NCBI GenBank assembly: GCA_050248855.1
Contig: JBFWRP010000040.1
Location: 1-28,566, forward strand
Length of the DNA: 28,566 nucleotides
Direction: 5' to 3'
From: Planctomycetota bacterium
Lineage (GTDB): Bacteria > Planctomycetota > PLA2 > JAEUHO01
Within the stretch, counting starts at the first letter, position 1. Every line of letters begins with the position of its first letter. A model generated the notes under the pieces. The model was not told where the DNA came from. It searched no databases and was given only the letters and a program-made list of their open reading frames with translations. Both the position numbers and the translations under genes were made by a program. Positions 26,005 through 28,566 of the stretch are shown in pieces.

Positions 26005-27618
26005 CTACATCCGGTACACGGGCGCACGCGCCGGCGGGCGCGGGGCCCCAAGCGTCGCGGCCAGCGCCAGCCCCAGGACGTCGCGCGTCTGGGTGGGGTC
26101 GATCACGCCGTCGTCCCACAGGCGCGCGCTGCCGTACCAGGGATGTCCCTCGGTCTCGTACTTGGCCCGGATGGGCGCGGTGAGCGCGTCTTCGTCTTCT
26201 GGCGAGAGCGGCGGCTTGCCCTCGTGGGCCAGCTGGTCGCGCTTGACGGTGAGCAGGACTTGCGCCGCCTGCTCGCCGCCCATCACGCTGATGCGGGCGT
26301 TCGGCCACGTGAACAGGAAGCGCGCGTCGTAGGCGCGGCCGCACATGCCGTAGTTGCCCGCGCCGAACGAGGCGCCCACGATGACGGTGATCTTGGGCAC
26401 GTTCACCGTGGCCACGGCCTGCACGAGCTTGGCGCCGTCGCGGGCGATGCCGCCGTTCTCCGCCTCGCGCCCGACCATGAAGCCGGTGACGTTCTGCAGG
26501 AAGAGCAGCGGCACGCCGCGCTGCCCGCAGAGCTCCACGAAGTGGGCGCCCTTCAAGGCGGACGACGAGAAGAGCACGCCGTTGTTGGCCACGATGCCCA
26601 CCGGCACGCCGTGGATGGCGGCGAACCCGGTGACCAGCGTGGTCCCGTAGCGCGTCTTGAACTCGTGGAAGCGGCTGCCGTCCACGAGTCGCGCGATGAC
26701 TTCGCGCACGTCGTAAGGTGTGCGCGTGTCGGTGGGCAGGACGCCGAGGATCTCCTCGGGGTCGTAGCGCGGCGGCTCGGCAGCGCCGATCGGGCACCAG
26801 GGCGCAGGCGCCGGACCCAGCGTGCCCACGATGCTGCGCACGAGCCGGAGCGCATGCGCGTCGTCGCGGGCCATGTGGTCGGCCACCCCGCTGATGCGCG
26901 TGTGCACGTCCGCCCCACCGAGGTCCTCGGCGCTGACCTCCTCGCGGGTCGCGGCCTTCACCAGCGGCGGGCCGGCCAGGAAGATGGTTCCCGTGCCCTG
27001 CACGATGACGGCCTCGTCGCTCATGGCGGGGACGTAGGCGCCGCCCGCCGTGCACGAGCCCATCACGGCAGCGATCTGCGGGATGCCCGCCGCACTCAAG
27101 ACCGCTTGGTTGCGGAAGATGCGCCCGAAGTGGTACTTGTCCGCGAAGACCTCGTCTTGCCGGGGGAGGAACGCGCCGCCGCTGTCCACGAGGTAGACCG
27201 TGGGCAGGTGGTTCTCGAGCGCGACTTCCTGCGCACGCACGTGCTTCTTGACGGTCAGCGGGTAGTAGGTGCCGCCCTTGACCGTCGCGTCGTTGGCCAC
27301 GACGACGACCTCGCGGCCCTGCACGCGGCCGATGCCCGTGACGACGCCGGCCGCCGGCACGTCGTCGTCGCCGTAGACCTCGTGCGCGGCCAGCGCCGAG
27401 AGCTCCAGGAAGGGGCTGCCCGGGTCGAGCAGGGCGTCGATCCGGTCGCGCACGAACAGCTTGCCGCGCTCGGCGTGCTTGGCCCGCGCCTTCCCGCTGC
27501 CGCCCTCGCGGATGCGCGCCAGCTCGTCGCGCAGGCGCCCCAGCTCGGCTGCATGGTGGGCCCGGCGCGTGCGGAACTCCGGGCTCGACGTGTCGATCTG
27601 GCTGCGCAGGACATCCAT
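26005..27618 (-). CDS. liuB: Methylcrotonyl-CoA carboxylase beta (carboxyltransferase) subunit
   Basis: [34 protein letters not shown]...[23 protein letters not shown]. Confidence 0.92.
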   Translation of the reverse strand: MDVLRSQIDTSSPEFRTRRAHHAAELGRLRDELARIREGGSGKARAKHAERGKLFVRDRIDALLDPGSPFLELSALAAHEVYGDDDVPAAGVVTGIGRVQGREVVVVANDATVKGGTYYPLTVKKHVRAQEVALENHLPTVYLVDSGGAFLPRQDEVFADKYHFGRIFRNQAVLSAAGIPQIAAVMGSCTAGGAYVPAMSDEAVIVQGTGTIFLAGPPLVKAATREEVSAEDLGGADVHTRISGVADHMARDDAHALRLVRSIVGTLGPAPAPWCPIGAAEPPRYDPEEILGVLPTDTRTPYDVREVIARLVDGSRFHEFKTRYGTTLVTGFAAIHGVPVGIVANNGVLFSSSALKGAHFVELCGQRGVPLLFLQNVTGFMVGREAENGGIARDGAKLVQAVATVNVPKITVIVGASFGAGNYGMCGRAYDARFLFTWPNARISVMGGEQAAQVLLTVKRDQLAHEGKPPLSPEDEDALTAPIRAKYETEGHPWYGSARLWDDGVIDPTQTRDVLGLALAATLGAPRPPARAPVYRM

Positions 27619-27762
27619 GGGCTACGAGGCGGTGCTCCCGGGGGCGGTGTCGGCGCATCCTACGCGGAGCGGCCTTCCTTCCGGGGCCTCGCGGCAGCGC
27701 CAGGTCCCGCCCGCAGGCCTTTGGGCGTGCCCCGTCGTGTCCGGCGGGCTACCGTCCTCGCC

Positions 27763-28521
27763 ATGGCGACAAGCCCCCCGCCCGGCCCCCGGCGCACGGC
27801 CCTCGTGACCGGGGGTGGCGGCGGCGTGGGCCGCGCGGTGGCCGCACGGCTCGTGGAGGACGGCTGGGAGGTCGGCCTGCTCGGACGCGACGCGGCTCGC
27901 CTGGATGCGGCGGTGGCGGAGCTCGGCGCGCACGCCCACGCGATCCCCGGCGACGTCACGAAGCGCGACGACGTCCAGGCCGCCACGGCGGAGCTGGCGG
28001 CGCGAGGCGCCGCACCACGGCTGCTCGTGCATGCCGCGGGCCTGGCGCGCTCGTCGGCCGTGCTGCCCCCGGACGATGCCTTGTGGGATGCCACGATGGG
28101 CGTCAACGCCACGGGCGCGTGGATCAGCGCCACGGCGTGCCTGCCCGCGATGCTCGCCGAGGGCGACGGCGACCTCGTGTTCATCGCGAGCACGGCGGCG
28201 CTTCGCGGCTATCGCTACACCGCTGCCTACGTCGCGAGCAAGCACGCGGTGCTCGGCCTCGCCCGGGCCCTCGCCGCGGACGTCGGGCCCAAGGGCGTGC
28301 GCGTGCACGTGATCTGTCCCGGCTTCCTCGATACGCCCATGACCGACCAGACCGTCGCGCGCATCGTGGCCACCTCGCGCTTGGATGCCGCCGCGGCGCG
28401 TGCCTCCTTGGCGGCCATGAACCGCTCGGGACGCCTCATCCGGCCCGAGGAGGTAGCCGAGCTCGTGCTCACGCGGTTGCGGGAGGGCACTGACGACCCC
28501 GAGCCGGTGGTGCTCGAGTAG
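27763..28521 (+). CDS. SDR family oxidoreductase (3-hydroxyacyl / 3-hydroxybutyrate dehydrogenase-like)
   Basis: TGGGGGVG, HAAG, YVASKH, ICPGFLDTPM; TACCGT 7 nt before ATG, no RBS. Confidence 0.88.
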   Translation: MATSPPPGPRRTALVTGGGGGVGRAVAARLVEDGWEVGLLGRDAARLDAAVAELGAHAHAIPGDVTKRDDVQAATAELAARGAAPRLLVHAAGLARSSAVLPPDDALWDATMGVNATGAWISATACLPAMLAEGDGDLVFIASTAALRGYRYTAAYVASKHAVLGLARALAADVGPKGVRVHVICPGFLDTPMTDQTVARIVATSRLDAAAARASLAAMNRSGRLIRPEEVAELVLTRLREGTDDPEPVVLE

Positions 28522-28566
28522 CCCCCTCTACGGAGTCGGCGTACGGAGTCGGGGGGTGGTGGTGCC

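Overview
Very GC-rich bacterial chromosomal window with about 27 CDSs and no rRNA, tRNA, CRISPR or transposase. It contains: (i) a CAP-domain lipoprotein divergent from a coupled methyltransferase / YdjC-type deacetylase / SenB- or GLT1D1-like GT4 glycosyltransferase operon; (ii) xth, a CPA1 antiporter, a eukaryote-type citrate synthase, an unknown membrane protein, a gamma-glutamyltransferase, a flavin reductase and a fasciclin-SOUL protein; (iii) a PaaK-family ligase plus a 68-aa protein, divergent from a thioesterase-bioF-bioD/bioA fusion-bioB operon; (iv) a convergent leucine-catabolism (liu) operon ending in an in-frame SDR-methyltransferase ORF, and a divergent SDR. The most unusual non-coding signal is a modular family of palindromic repeats built around GGTG(C/T)CTGACAC. 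It forms a ~1-kb mosaic array at 13188-14222 with dispersed copies at 97-332 and 7586-7705, and its hairpin stems show compensatory base changes. All product calls come from motif recognition by eye; no database search was run.
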